From contig NC_068985.1 in the NCBI RefSeq assembly GCF_001194135.2, positions 106,473,516 through 106,537,515 on the forward strand: a DNA stretch of 64,000 nt, given 5' to 3'. Position numbers and translations under genes: made by a program. The DNA comes from Octopus bimaculoides (taxonomy: Eukaryota). Position 1 is the first letter of the stretch. Every line of letters begins with the position of its first letter. A model generated the notes under the pieces. That model saw nothing but the letters and a program-made list of their open reading frames with translations, ran no database searches and was not told where the DNA came from. Of the stretch, positions 36,706 through 49,238 are shown piece after piece.

Positions 36706-39700
36706 CGCTCGATAAGCTGTGGTGCCTTTACCACAGCTTGAAGTCCACACTATCCTTGTGACTAAACGAGCACTGAGAGACACCAAACTGGAAATTTTTA
36801 AGTTTTTGTGCATATGCACATCATGTAAGTGGATGGCTGTTGGCATTTCTGAGTTCATCTGCCTTTTGACAGATCTTTTGACACCAGGGTGTCATGAAAC
36901 CACCCTACTTGCCAAACTGGTTTGGTGGTGTTGCTGGTTTAGTTGCTGATAGCCTAACAATGCAGCAAGTTGCGCTAGGCTATATGTTACCAAAAACATG
37001 CAAGAGTAATTTTACACCCACGCACACACACACACACACACACATATAGTGTTGGTCAATCTATCATGAAAACAAGTAGCTATCAATATCCAAGCACATG
37101 TGTGTGCATGCACACATGCACACACACACAAAGCTGTTTAGTTAAGAAGTTCATTTCACAACCACATGGTTTTGGGATCGGTCCCAGTGTGTGATACTTT
37201 GAGCAAGAGACTTCAACCAATGGATCTTGAAGCATAACTGAAGTCTGCCTAGAGACTGAAGGAGAAAGTGGTGACAGCTTGGAATAAGCTTAGCCATGTA
37301 CCTTCCTTTTAAAAGTTATAAGAATAATACTGTCTACAAAATGTTCATAAGTTTCACATGTGTTTAGCTCTTTCATTTGTTAAATCTGTCAAGCAGTACA
37401 TGTGTGTGTGTATTTAATATTTAACAAATCAAGAGGAGTTTCTGTGCATTTGCTTGACCTGTTAGAAATAGCAACCATATTTCCTCAAACATGGAATAAG
37501 ACATTGTATAACACAATGCTAAAATATACAAAAAGATAGGATATACGCTATTGAAATAGTTTTGATCACAGGTCCACTCAACAAAGGTTGATCTGGAGTT
37601 AAGCAAAGAGATTATTTCAATACATTACAGCATTATTTTCTAGGTATGACTATTAATCCAGTAGTGGGGAGTTCTCGTGTTTTGAGGAGTGTTGAACCAC
37701 TTCCTAACCACTATTTTTCTCCAGGTCTACTCTGACCCAGAGTAGTAGCATCTCACAAGATTTCAGTTGTGGGTTAAATAGCATGTAACCACCTGAGCTA
37801 ATGTATGTGGAAAATTATGAAATGCAGCATGGTGGCTATGAACTTTTTTGGCAGATGATCTTACTGACTGAATGGTGGAAGTCACTAGATGCTGAATGGA
37901 TCAACAGACAACAAACTATCAATGGCCAGATATGGGTCAACGCTCGATTTGGATGTCTGATATAGAAGAGTTACATTGGTCTAGGCAAGTTATCTACTGG
38001 ATGAAGAAGATGGTGATGATGATGGTGATAGTAATGATGATGACATTATTCACCTTAGACACATTACATATATCCTAGCGCTTGGTTCACCTGTTATATG
38101 TGATATCTGACTCACTTTCAGGGCTGTAGTATTTTCTGGTCTTAAAGAAAAAGTTTCATAATTAAATGCCTCCTAAAGAAGTGGTTTAGCCCTACATCAA
38201 TGCTGATCGAGCAGACCTATGATCAAAGGCACTCCATTTGTGGCCATCCCATCTTTCTCCTCTATGTTGGGAACCCAGGACAGCATTATCCATCGTTTCA
38301 ATTATGCTTCTTTTTAAGACAGTAGAGCATGATTTGAAGGAGATCTGACTGCTATTTCTTACTGGTTGAGCGACTGCATCAAGACTTCAGATTGTGAGAG
38401 CTAGCTTTGACTTTTATAAGTTTTAATTGCATCTTTTTCATTAGAGTTTATATTCTTTTCTGCTCTAGACACAAGGCCCAACATTTTTGGGGAGGGGACC
38501 AGTCGATTAGATCGACCCCAGTATGCAACTGGTACTTAATTTATCGACCCCAAAAGGATGAAAAGCAAAGCTGACCTCAGTGGAATTTGAACTCAGAATG
38601 TATACCACTACGCATTTCGCCAGGCATGCTAATGCTTCAGCCAGCTCGCTGCTTTCATTAGAGTTGATATTAAGATGTAACAGTCTGTATGCATTTCTAG
38701 GTAGATATGTTGGGTGAAAGAGCTGGAGGAGTGGGGAGAGTGGTATGTAAATGATGGAATAGTGTGTGGGTGAGTGGGTAAGTGGAGTGGTGGATGAATG
38801 AGTGGAGTGGTGGATGGGTGGAGGACTGGTGTGTGTGTGTGTATATGTGTGTGTGTGTATGTATGTATTTATGTATGTATGTATGTATGTATGTATGTAT
38901 GTATTTACGTTTGTAAATATGTGTGTATGTCTGTGTGGAGAAGTGAGATGTTGGGTATATGTATGTGTGTGCATGTATTTGATTACTTGTATGTACAAAT
39001 AATAGTGTATGTATGCACATCCTTGCATGTGTATGTATCTGTACATGTTTATGCATAAATGTGCATGTTTGTGCATGTGTATGCGTGCATATATGCACGT
39101 GTTTGAATATGCATGTATTGTCACACTCATGTTTATGGGTTTATGCATGCGCAGTGTATAAATTAGTTACCCATGTGCAGAAATTCTGACTGCTAAAATA
39201 ATACTGCATAAGGGATTATCTGTAATATCAGATTACAAAGGATTATCTACTGAGTGGATTTCCTGAAGTGAAATATAAATAAATAAGGGTTAGATATAAA
39301 AAGATTAGGTTACAATAAGGTTAGCTAATAATATCTCTCATGGCCTCTAAATATGTCCTCTATCCATCCTGTGACTTCAGTGAGGAGAGAAGCTGTAGGT
39401 GAGTCTTTTTCTATCTCTTCACAGATCAAGTTTGTTACATTCTATCATAACTGTTCAACAATAATACACTATTTTACAATGTCAAAAACCCCTGCTATCT
39501 CTACCACAACTACCACCAAAACTAATATCAACACCAGCACCACACCACCCACTATCACTACCACCTGCCACCTCCATCATCACCACTACAACCTCCACTA
39601 CCACCACCTTCACCACCACGACCATGACGATCATGATGCCGACCACCACTACCACCTCCCACTCCTCCATCATCACCACGACCACCCCCACTGCCAACAC

Positions 39701-39879
39701 CTCCATCATTACCGTTAACACCACCTCCACTATCACCACCGCCTCTAGCACCATTACTTCTCAATACTAACACCACTCTGAGATTGTGCACAATCCTATA
39801 TCTTGCATAAGTTCACAGCCATATGTCATGCAGGTCTGATCACCAGGCTTGAACATCCTCACAGGATGATAAAAAAAAG

Positions 39880-40039
39880 TGCAGGAGTGGCTGTGTGGTA
39901 AGTAGCTTGCTTACCAACCACATGGTTCTGGGTTCAGTCCCACTGTGTGGCACCTTGGGCAAGTGTCTTCTACTATAGCCTTGGGCCGACCAAAGCCTTG
40001 TGAGTGGATATGGTAGACGGAAACTGAAAGAAGCCCGTC

Positions 40040-40087
<48 letters not shown>

Positions 40088-40327
40088 GTATATATATGTA
40101 TGTATGTGTGTGTGTGCGTATGTTTGTGTCTGCATTTGTCCTCCTAGCATTGCTTGACAACCGATGCTGGTGTGTTTATGTCCCACTTAGCAGTTTGGCA
40201 AAAAGAGATCGATAGAATAAGTACTAGGCTTACAAAGAATAAGTCCCAAGGTCGATTTGCTCGACTAAAGGCGGTGCTCCAGCATGGCCACAGTCAAATG
40301 ACTGAAACAAGTAAAGAGTAAAGAGAG
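39880..40327 (+). mobile_element. Family-A CORE-type SINE, full length
   Basis: As 16094-16490. Confidence 0.9.
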
Positions 40328-40679
40328 TTACAGGTTGATCCATTCCACAAAAACAGTGGCCTATGAATTTTAGCCATCCTTGTTTTGATTGACTGTCTGA
40401 CAGGCTGTAAAGATCCATATAGTGACTTGTTTGATATATGGTTAGCATAAGAAGTGTTAAGGGCCTTGCATAGAAGTGAAGGGAGATATTTACTCTTGAG
40501 TTGAAGTTGATGTCCATGAGTGACTGTGAGGTAAGAAGCTTGCTTTCAAAGCACACAGTTCCATGTTCAGTCCCACTGTGTAGCACCTTGGGCAAGTGTC
40601 TTCTGTTATAGCCTTGGCCTAACCAAAGTCTTGTGAGTGGATTTGATAGAGGGAAACTGAAAGAAGCCTGTCGTATATA

Positions 40680-40875
40680 AATATAGTTGAAATTTACAGA
40701 AAAACAAAGGATGAAGACAGGTGTATGAACAACAAGCAGGTGTATTAGTTTTATGCTCGGGAAAGTGAGAAAGTCTTTTACGTTTCAAGCCTATGCTTTT
40801 CAACAGAAAGGGACACATGGAAATAAAGAGAGAGAGAATAAAAAAAACTTGTGAATTTAGTGATCAATCATATAA
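40680..40875 (-). mobile_element. Probable PLE pLTR remnant replacing the 3' half of a family-A SINE
   Basis: Begins at the SINE's central TA linker. Minus 40806->40781 reads CTGTTGAAAAGCATAGGCTTGAAACG, a decayed hammerhead-like core. Confidence 0.35.
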
Positions 40876-42236
40876 TCATATACACACATATAAATGTTAG
40901 GAAAGGCATCTAGCGATAGAAATCATACCAGAACCAACAATAGAGCTTGGCACAGTCCTCTGGCTTACCAGATTTTATCAAACCATCCAACTCACACCAG
41001 CATGGAAAATGCTGGTGTGATGTTAAATGATGATGATATATATACAAGGGCAGGAGTGGCACTATGGTAAGTAGCTTGCTTACCAACTACATGATTCTGG
41101 GTTCAGTCCTACTGTGTGGCACCTTGGGCAAGTGTCTTTTACTATAGCCTCAGGCCAGCCAAAGCTTTGTGAGTGGATTTGGTAGATGGAGACTGAAAGA
41201 AACTTGTTGTATATATATATATATACATATATATATATAGAAAATGCTAAAATAATTTTATAAAAAACATTTCAGTACCGGTTTCAGTCATTGAGACTTT
41301 TTCAACTGTAAGTATGGAAAACAATTAAATTTTGGAAAAATTAAAAGAAAAGTGTTTTAAAAGAATATTTTCATAGTATTCAAATACAAGGGGCATTTCC
41401 CTTGTTTCTACCTGTCTCTGTCTCTCTTGTTTACTCTTGTGGGTTCGAGGTCGTTGTGAATTCTTGGCAGAGAAGAAGGAGGAGGAGGCGGGAATGCCAC
41501 GATAGTAGTAGGATGTTAAATGGTCAAGTGCCCTGAAAGTAACTTGTTGTGGATGGTAGTAGTGAGTGAAGATTCTTTCAGTCTCTGCCTGCCAAATCTA
41601 CACATAAAGCTTGGGTCAGACTGGGGCTATAGCAGAAGATACTTGCCCAAGGTACCACACACTGGGACTGAACCTGGAACCATCTGTTTATGAAGCAAGC
41701 TCCTCAACCACACAAGCATGGTTGCACCTTATAAGCCGTCATCCTCATCATCTTTATCATCATTAAATATCCATGTTCCATGCTGGCATGAGTAAGATGG
41801 TTTGACAGGAGCTGATGGATCCCGAGGCCACATCATGCTCCACTGTCTACCTTGGCATGGTTTGCTCTATCTAAGAGTAGAGAATATGGCTTAGGATAAT
41901 TTGCACAATCAAAATAAAAATAAACTCAAAGAAATAACTCAGGGTGGCCAATGGCATTAAATTTGAACAACGAACACCAAGAAAGATATACTAAATACCA
42001 TACAAGATAACTTTTAGATTTATTGAAACCAGCTTCTCTTTGAGATAAAGTAAACAAACACCAATCAGTAACCGACTCTAAATGAGAAGGGGCAATGATC
42101 TCCAGCAATCAACAATCCAATGAGTTAACATTTGCCATTAAGGAAAAAATAACTGTTTTGTTTTTTTCTGACAAAACATTTTTGCAAAGTTTCTGTTAAC
42201 GAAATTTTACTCACAAAACATTCCTGAATCCAAGGC

Positions 42237-42288
<52 letters not shown>

Positions 42289-42419
42289 NNNNNNNNNNNN
42301 NNNNNNNNNNNNNNNNNNNNNNNNNNNNNNNNNNNNNNNNNNNNTATATGTTATGTTTTATGTGTGTGTGTATAGGTATCACTAAACATTAGACCCAAGG
42401 CCATGTGTATGCACGTGCA

Positions 42420-42454
<35 letters not shown>

Positions 42455-42929
42455 AAGAGTGTGTGTGTATACAAGGGTGCATTGTACATGCATGCATAAG
42501 TGTATATGTGAGAGTGTGTATGTGTGTGTGTTTATGTGTGTGTATATGTGTGTACAGTCAGTTTTAAATTTTACAATATACTATTCTAGGTGCTATGTTG
42601 TGGCCTATGATAGTATTATTAGTGGGGGTAAAGGACACACCCACTTCATCCTCCCCCCCACACACAACAAATAATGTTGACAAATATTACTGGCTGTATT
42701 GATACTATATAACCCCAAGATTTAGTTATTATTTCTAGCAGTTCAAACAATCACTTAGAGGTTCTTTCGCCAGTTTTGTTTTTGCTGGTTAGTCACAAAT
42801 CCGTCCTGATTGCACAAATCTGTAATCAGAGACATTCCAGCCATGGCTATCCTGTCTTTTTGCATATTTGGAACTATGCTGGCTAGTGTGTTCTTCCTTA
42901 ATTTTTAGAGGGTAGAAAGATTTGGCTGT

Positions 42930-43155
42930 TACTTCTTATTTCTTTATGTCCACAAGGGCTAAACATAGAGGGGACAAACAAGGACAGACAAAGGGATTAA
43001 GTCGATTACATGGACCCCAGTGCGTAACTGGTACTTAATTTATTGACCTCGAAAGGATGAAAGGCAAAGTCGACCTCGGCGGAATTTGAACTCGGAACAG
43101 AATACCGCTAGGCATTTCACCCGGCGTGCTAACGATTCTGCCAGCTCGCTGCCTT
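42930..43155 (-). mobile_element. SINE family B, near full length
   Basis: Matches 12738-12965. Plus-strand copies at ~34240, 45690, 47190; minus-strand copies at ~26870, 38480. Confidence 0.8.
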
Positions 43156-43759
43156 GCTGTTACTTCTTGATGCTCCCTTCCCAGTGTTGCTGTTTAGCCC
43201 AGGGCCATCCTGCTAGTCTGCTCAAGCAGAACTGGCCTTGGGTCATGCATATTATCCAATGCCTTCCTTTTTTAGGCATAGTAGTGTGTGATTTGAAAGA
43301 GATTTGGCTGTTTTTTCTTGCAGGTCAAATAACCACTTAGGGGCTCCTTTGCAAGTCTCATTGATTATTTAGTTCCAGATCTGTCTTGACTAAGCAAACC
43401 TGTAATCAAAGGTATTCCAACCATGGCTATCCTGTCTTTTTGTATACCTGGAACTACACTGGCTCAGAATAGTGTGAAATTTGAGAGATTTGGCTGCTAT
43501 TTCTAGAGCCTCCCTTCCTAGTGTTGTTGCTATTGAGCAGACCTATTATCAAATGAGTTCCACCCATGATTTTTGTAGTTTTGTGAATCAAGGCCTACAC
43601 TGTCTAATGTGTCCCTCTTCATTTTCCAGAAGTTAGGATGAGATTTGAGAGATTTAGCTGCTCTTTCTAGTAAACTGACCGACCACAGAGTGATTCTATC
43701 TCATGGCTCATCCTCTTGAGTGTTGTTGTCTTTGGTGCTTGTAAGCAAACAGTGGCTCA

Positions 43760-44550
43760 GTGCTGTGTTGATGCAGGTCATACGCATGTGCTTGTTTGGG
43801 TGGTGTGATCTAGTGGATGTTTGTGTATAGAAGTGGCATTGAGGTGAGGGGAATTGAAGTCTTTGTAGTGTAGAGGGCTTGTAGAGTGAGGGTGGTGGTG
43901 GTGGTGTGATGTATGAGGTGGTACAGTAGTCTGATAGTGGTGGTGGAGAAAAGGTTGGATGTATGTTGGCAGTGGTGATTGTGGTGGTGGTGGTGGTGGT
44001 GGCATATGGTAGGTGCTGTGGTTCTTGTTTGTCATGGGTTGTGTGTAATTGTGTGAGTGTGTAAGTGCGTATGTGTGAATGTGTGCATGAGTATGTGTGT
44101 GCATGTGCGTGAGTGTGTGTGTATATGTGTGTGTGTATGTGTGTATGCATGTGCGTGTATGTGTGTGTGTTTGTGCGAGTATGTAAGTGCATGTGTGTGC
44201 GTATGTATGTGAAAGTGTATGTGTGCACATGTGTATGAGCGCTTGTATGAGTGCGTGTGAGTGTATGTATGTATGTATGTACATGTGAGTGTGCCCGTGC
44301 GTTTGTGCTTGCGTGCGAGTGTGAGACTGTGTCTATATATATGTGTTTGAGTGTGTGAGGCTGCGTCTGTATATATGTATACGCGAGAGAGAGAGAGAGA
44401 GAGAACGTGTTTGTGCATGTGTGGAGTGAAAGTGCATCTGTATACATGTGTGTGTGCATGTGTATGTATGCATGCGTGAGAAATGTGTCTGAGTGTAAAT
44501 GTGTGCACGTCTACGTGTGAGTGTGTGAATGTGAGTGCGTGTGTGTGTGT
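43760..44550. repeat. Long degenerate compound microsatellite, (GGT)n grading into (GT)/(GTAT)n
   Basis: Directly visible; explains the spurious His/Thr-rich ORFs 43701-44508. Similar tracts at 38700-39160 and 39480-39780. Confidence 0.9.
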
Positions 44551-45894
44551 TCGGGCGCGTGTGTGCTGGCTAGGTAAGGTAGTGGAGTAGGCAATGTGAC
44601 CGTGGTCAGATGAATCAGGTGATATTTACGTCAGAATATAAATAAGGTAAAAAGACAGTAACTTCCATGACACTGCCGTCACATAACAACCCTCACCCAC
44701 CACAGCTGCGCGCACACACACACACAAACCGACATCTGCTGTCAGACCACTTCCCCCTCCTCCTCCGTTAGATCACAACCACCACCACCACCACAACAAC
44801 ACCACCACCAACAACAACGACGACTGCGCTGTCCATCTTGTTAGGTGAATGACAGGTGACATGGTCCCTTAGAAAAACATTTTCAGAGACTAGACTATGG
44901 AAGACAAGAGAAAAGGTGTGGAGGGGAGAGGGATGAAGTGGTGGGGGAGGGAGAGAGGGGATTTTAATGAGAGTCACCCCCTCCCCTCTTCCTTACTCGT
45001 CTCCATTAATGAGTGGTCTTGCTGGTGATGGTNNNNNNNNNNNNNNNNNNNNNNNNNNNNNNNNNNNNNNNNNNNNNNNNNNNNNNNNNNNNNNNNNGGG
45101 GGGGGGGGGTTAGTGATGATTGTAGTAAAGGCGGCGGTGGCGAGAGTTGGGTAGTCGTGCTGCCTTGTCAGCACTGGTGGAGGCTGTAGCGGTGTTGATG
45201 GTTTTTGGTGGCGGCGGCGGTGGTAGGCGTGGTGGTGTTGCTGTTGGTGGTGGTTGTATGGTGTGATATTACCAGTCATGTTGGTGGTAGCAGGAATAAT
45301 AATAATAATAATAATGAGAAGAATGATGATGACGATGGTGGTGATTGTTGGTAGCCGCAGTAAGAGTGGTAGGGGCGTTTGTAGTAGAAACGTCAGTAAA
45401 GGTGGGTGACAAGTTATCCCCCCTATCTTACCTAATGACAGCCTAATCAGGCGATATTTGTTTACTGTTGTGACTGATTTTTAAACCGTTTCCTGTATTT
45501 AACATTTCATTTGAGAATTTCAGCATTGCTATGATAACTAGTGTATACACACAAACGTCCACTTTTATATACGTTACACACACATATGCTTGTGTCTATG
45601 CCATGCATGTAATATATAAAACTGTGCATGTTTGCCTGCACACACACACACACACACATACAACGTATATTTATTATACACGTGTGTAATGCGACAAGTT
45701 GGTAGAATCATTACCACACTGCACCAAATGCTAAGTAACATTTTCCCCAGCTTTACATTCTGAGTTCAAATACTTCTGAGGTTCCACTTCATCTTTATTC
45801 CTTTTGGTGGGTAAAGTACCAGCCGAGCACTGAGGTTGATGTAATCGACTCCCCCACACCTCAAAATTACTGGTTTTGTGTGTGATGTATTCTT

Positions 45895-46633
45895 TTATTT
45901 GTTTCACTCATTTGACTGCGGCCATGCAGGAGCACCGCCTTTATTCGAACAAATCGACCCCAGGACATATTCTTTGTAAGCCTAGTACTTATTCTATCGG
46001 TCTCTTTTGCCGAACCGCTAAGTTACGGGGACGTAAACACACCAGCATCGGTTGTCAAGCGATGTTGGGGGGACAAACACAGACACACACACACACACAC
46101 ANNNNNNNNNNNNNNNNNNNNNNNNNNNNNNNNNNNNNNNNNNNNNNNNNNNNNNNNNNNNNNNNNNNNNNNNNNNNNNNNNNNNNNNNNNNNNNNNNNN
46201 NNNNNNNNNNNNNNNNNNNNNNNNNNNNNNNNNNNNNNNNNNNNNNNNNNNNNNNNNNNNNNNNNNNNNNNNNNNNNNNNNNNNNNNNNNNNNNNNNNNN
46301 NNNNNNNNNNNNNNNNNNNNNNNNNNNNNNNNNNNNNNNNNNNNNNNNNNNNNNNNNNNNNNNNNNNNNNNNNNNNNNNNNNNNNNNNNNNNNNNNNNNN
46401 NNNNNNNNNNNNNNNNNNNNNNNNNNNNNNNNNNNNNNNNNNNNNNNNNNNNNNNNNNNNTATATATATACGACGGGCTTCTTTCAGTTTCCGTCTACCA
46501 AATCCACTCACAAGGCTTTGGTCGGCCTGAGGCTATAGTAGAAGACACTTGCACAAGGTGCCACGCAGTGGGACTGAACCCAGAACCATGTGGTTGGTAA
46601 GCAAGCTACTTACCACACAGCCACTCCTGCGCC
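45895..46633 (-). mobile_element. Family-A CORE-type SINE with an assembly gap in its central microsatellite
   Basis: 3' half at 45895-46101, gap 46102-46460, 5' half 46461-46633. Confidence 0.9.
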
Positions 46634-48189
46634 TGTATGTTTATTATATATGTGTGTGTATATTTTATTCACACACAGATAAAACAGAATGCTAAGGGAC
46701 CAGTGGAGATCTTTGTCAAAAAGTCTTGTATTTTCTGGAAAAAGAGACAGGAGGTACAGTGAAATTTCCCCTAGGGAGTAGAATACCCAATATTTCAAAC
46801 TTTCCTTCTGAGTAAAGTAGAAACTTATTTAGAAGAAAGACAGTATAGTTTTACACCCTCTGTAAAACAGTACATTAGACTTCTCTTAGTGACAACGATC
46901 ACATCATCAGGGGCAATTAATGTAATGTGGTGCATGTTATATAATGGACTGATCAGTTTTATATTTGCTAACATTATCATCTTTTGAACTCCAAATACAT
47001 TCAGATATTGAACTTGTGATTTGGCTGAATGTATGCATATGCTGTTATAACTTTTTTTAAAGGAATTTTCAGTAAGCTCTGTTTACACATGTCCTCTGCT
47101 ACCCTATCATCTATCACACTCACCGAAATGTAATTATTATTATAAATAAAATATATATTTCAACTATACTTGTTTTCGATTTATTTCTATTATAGTAGAA
47201 TTGTTACCATATTGGATGAAATGTCTACAGCTATTTCTTCTGACTCTTTATGTTCTGAGTTAAAATTCCATTGAGGTCAACTTTACCTTTCATCCTTTTG
47301 GGATCAATAAAATAAATACCAGTTGAGCAAAAAGGTCAATGTGATTGACTAACCCACTCCCACTAAAAAATTACTAGCCTCATGCCAAAATTTGACACAA
47401 TATTTCTATTATGGAACACTTGGTGGTTTGAGTAAGACATCAGGCAGACAACCATTATCATATTTAACCTTACTGTATGTATATTTGTTCAGCCTGTATC
47501 TTACACAAACACTATCAATATTAATAACTTGTAAGGACACTGTATTTTGTTATGCAACCATACTATACTATAATTTCTACAGAAAATCTGTAGAGATAAC
47601 CTTAACTGAAAAAAAAGGAACCCCCCCCCCATCGATCATGAATGACCAGAAAGTTCTCCACTGAGGCAAAAGTCCAGGCAAGGTTGTTTATGGAAGACCA
47701 TCAGTTGCCCATGTATACCAGTCTCCCCTCTCTATGCCAATGATGTTATCCAGAGGAAGGGAAAAGGCCAATACAGCTTGGCACCAGTGATGTCGGGCTA
47801 GAAATCAAACTCACTACCTCATGATTGTGAGCCTGACACTCTAACCACTGTGCCATGCATCTTCACAACTTTAACAACTATTAATATTATGAATAACAAC
47901 GTTGTGGGTAATATGATGTTGTAAGATAATTCAGGTACATACAGTTTCTGCTCAGGGCATCTTCATGCTCAAACTTTAAATCCAGTGATATGCTAATTGC
48001 CTAAGAGAAAGTGGGCTATAAGCAATTTGTAAATTAAGCTGATACATGTATAATAGAATAAAAGGACAGACAACTGTAGGGGACAATTGGCAAACCTTGT
48101 TCCTTTGTCCCTTTCAGCTTTTTAATGTTTTACCTGTGATGACCTGTTTCTGCCTCCCAAATTATATATCCACACAACAGACTTACCTT

Positions 48190-48520
48190 TTGGCTATTTC
48201 TGAAGTATACCAGTGTATATTGCAACCATTATGAACATCCCTTAGAGGAACTTTCACTGATCTCTTATGATTTATACTCTTTTGTACATTTATTTCTTTT
48301 TATGAGTCAAATAAATATATATAAATATCATAATCTGCCTTGATACCATTGCTATTGTAATTTACAAAATTATATAGAATCATTTGTGTCACAGAACTCC
48401 AAGAAATTTGATCTTTTTCCATTCCCTGTACCATGACCATATCCTTTAGGTACACTAAAGTAGCCATTGTAATGTCGCCTATCTTGTGTATTAAAATTAT
48501 CAGCCATGATAAGGTCACTG
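48190..48520 (-). mobile_element. Old RTE APE endonuclease remnant
   Basis: Minus translation DRRHYNGYFSVPKGYGHGTGNGKRSNFLEFCDTND resembles the RTE motif HGGYGFGTRNEEGERILEFCDAND. Confidence 0.6.
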
Positions 48521-48529
48521 ACACTTGAT

Positions 48530-48754
48530 TTAATCCTTTAGCATTTAAACTGGCCATATCCGGCCAATATATTCTACCTGTTTTATGTTCAAACTGGCCA
48601 GATCTGGTTTCTCACATTAAACCTACAATATTATTCTAAGAATTAAGTTACTTCATCGAAATCTCAAAGCTACAAGATAATGCATGATTAATTCAAAACA
48701 ATGTGAATAAATAAGCATAACTTCTGAGAGAATAATGTGAATGTTAAAGGTAGT
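48530..48754. mobile_element. piggyBac-like MITE
   Basis: TTAA-TCCTTTAGCATT ... AATGTTAAAGG; degenerate TIRs, same family as 3996. Confidence 0.6.
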
Positions 48755-48840
48755 TTATACAAGAAGACCTCATAAAAGCTGTCATTTGTAAGTCCTGACT
48801 TTGGTAGATAGGCAGACATCACTACTGCTATTGTATTGCC

Positions 48841-48965
48841 TAAATAATAGCATACAATCATACATACATCTATATGTACATAAATAATAGCATACAATCA
48901 TACATACATCTATATGTACATAAATAATAGCATACAATCATACATACATCTATATGTACATAAAT
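48841..48965. repeat. Minisatellite, 3 perfect 40-bp units
   Basis: TAAATAATAGCATACAATCATACATACATCTATATGTACA x3 plus TAAAT. Confidence 0.95.
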
Positions 48966-49194
48966 GTAAACACAAATACATACTTACATACATACTGATA
49001 TTCATATGTTTGTACATATACACATATGCACATAAAAATAAAAAAAATACTTGTGTACAAACATCCATTCATATATATATATTGTATTTATAACTATGCA
49101 GTTAATGAGTAAATCTCAATGAAAGCAGCTTGTTTCTGAGTTAGGAACTGGATTCTTCTCTATTGATGTAAAATTTGGCAAATAAATTCTGAAG

Positions 49195-49214
<20 letters not shown>

Positions 49215-49238
<24 letters not shown>

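Larger units (their letters stand above)
4056..46460. other. Assembly gaps (N runs)
   Basis: Approximately 4056-4477, 7413-7422, 10027-10036, 24168-24591, 31545-32323, 36049-36126, 42289-42343, 45033-45097 and 46102-46460. ORFs spanning them are artefacts. Confidence 0.98.

Noticed and set aside
48187-48240. 54-nt minus-strand exon with AG|GTAAGT donor
   Set aside because: It is contiguous with a decayed RTE endonuclease remnant, so the splice signals are probably fortuitous.
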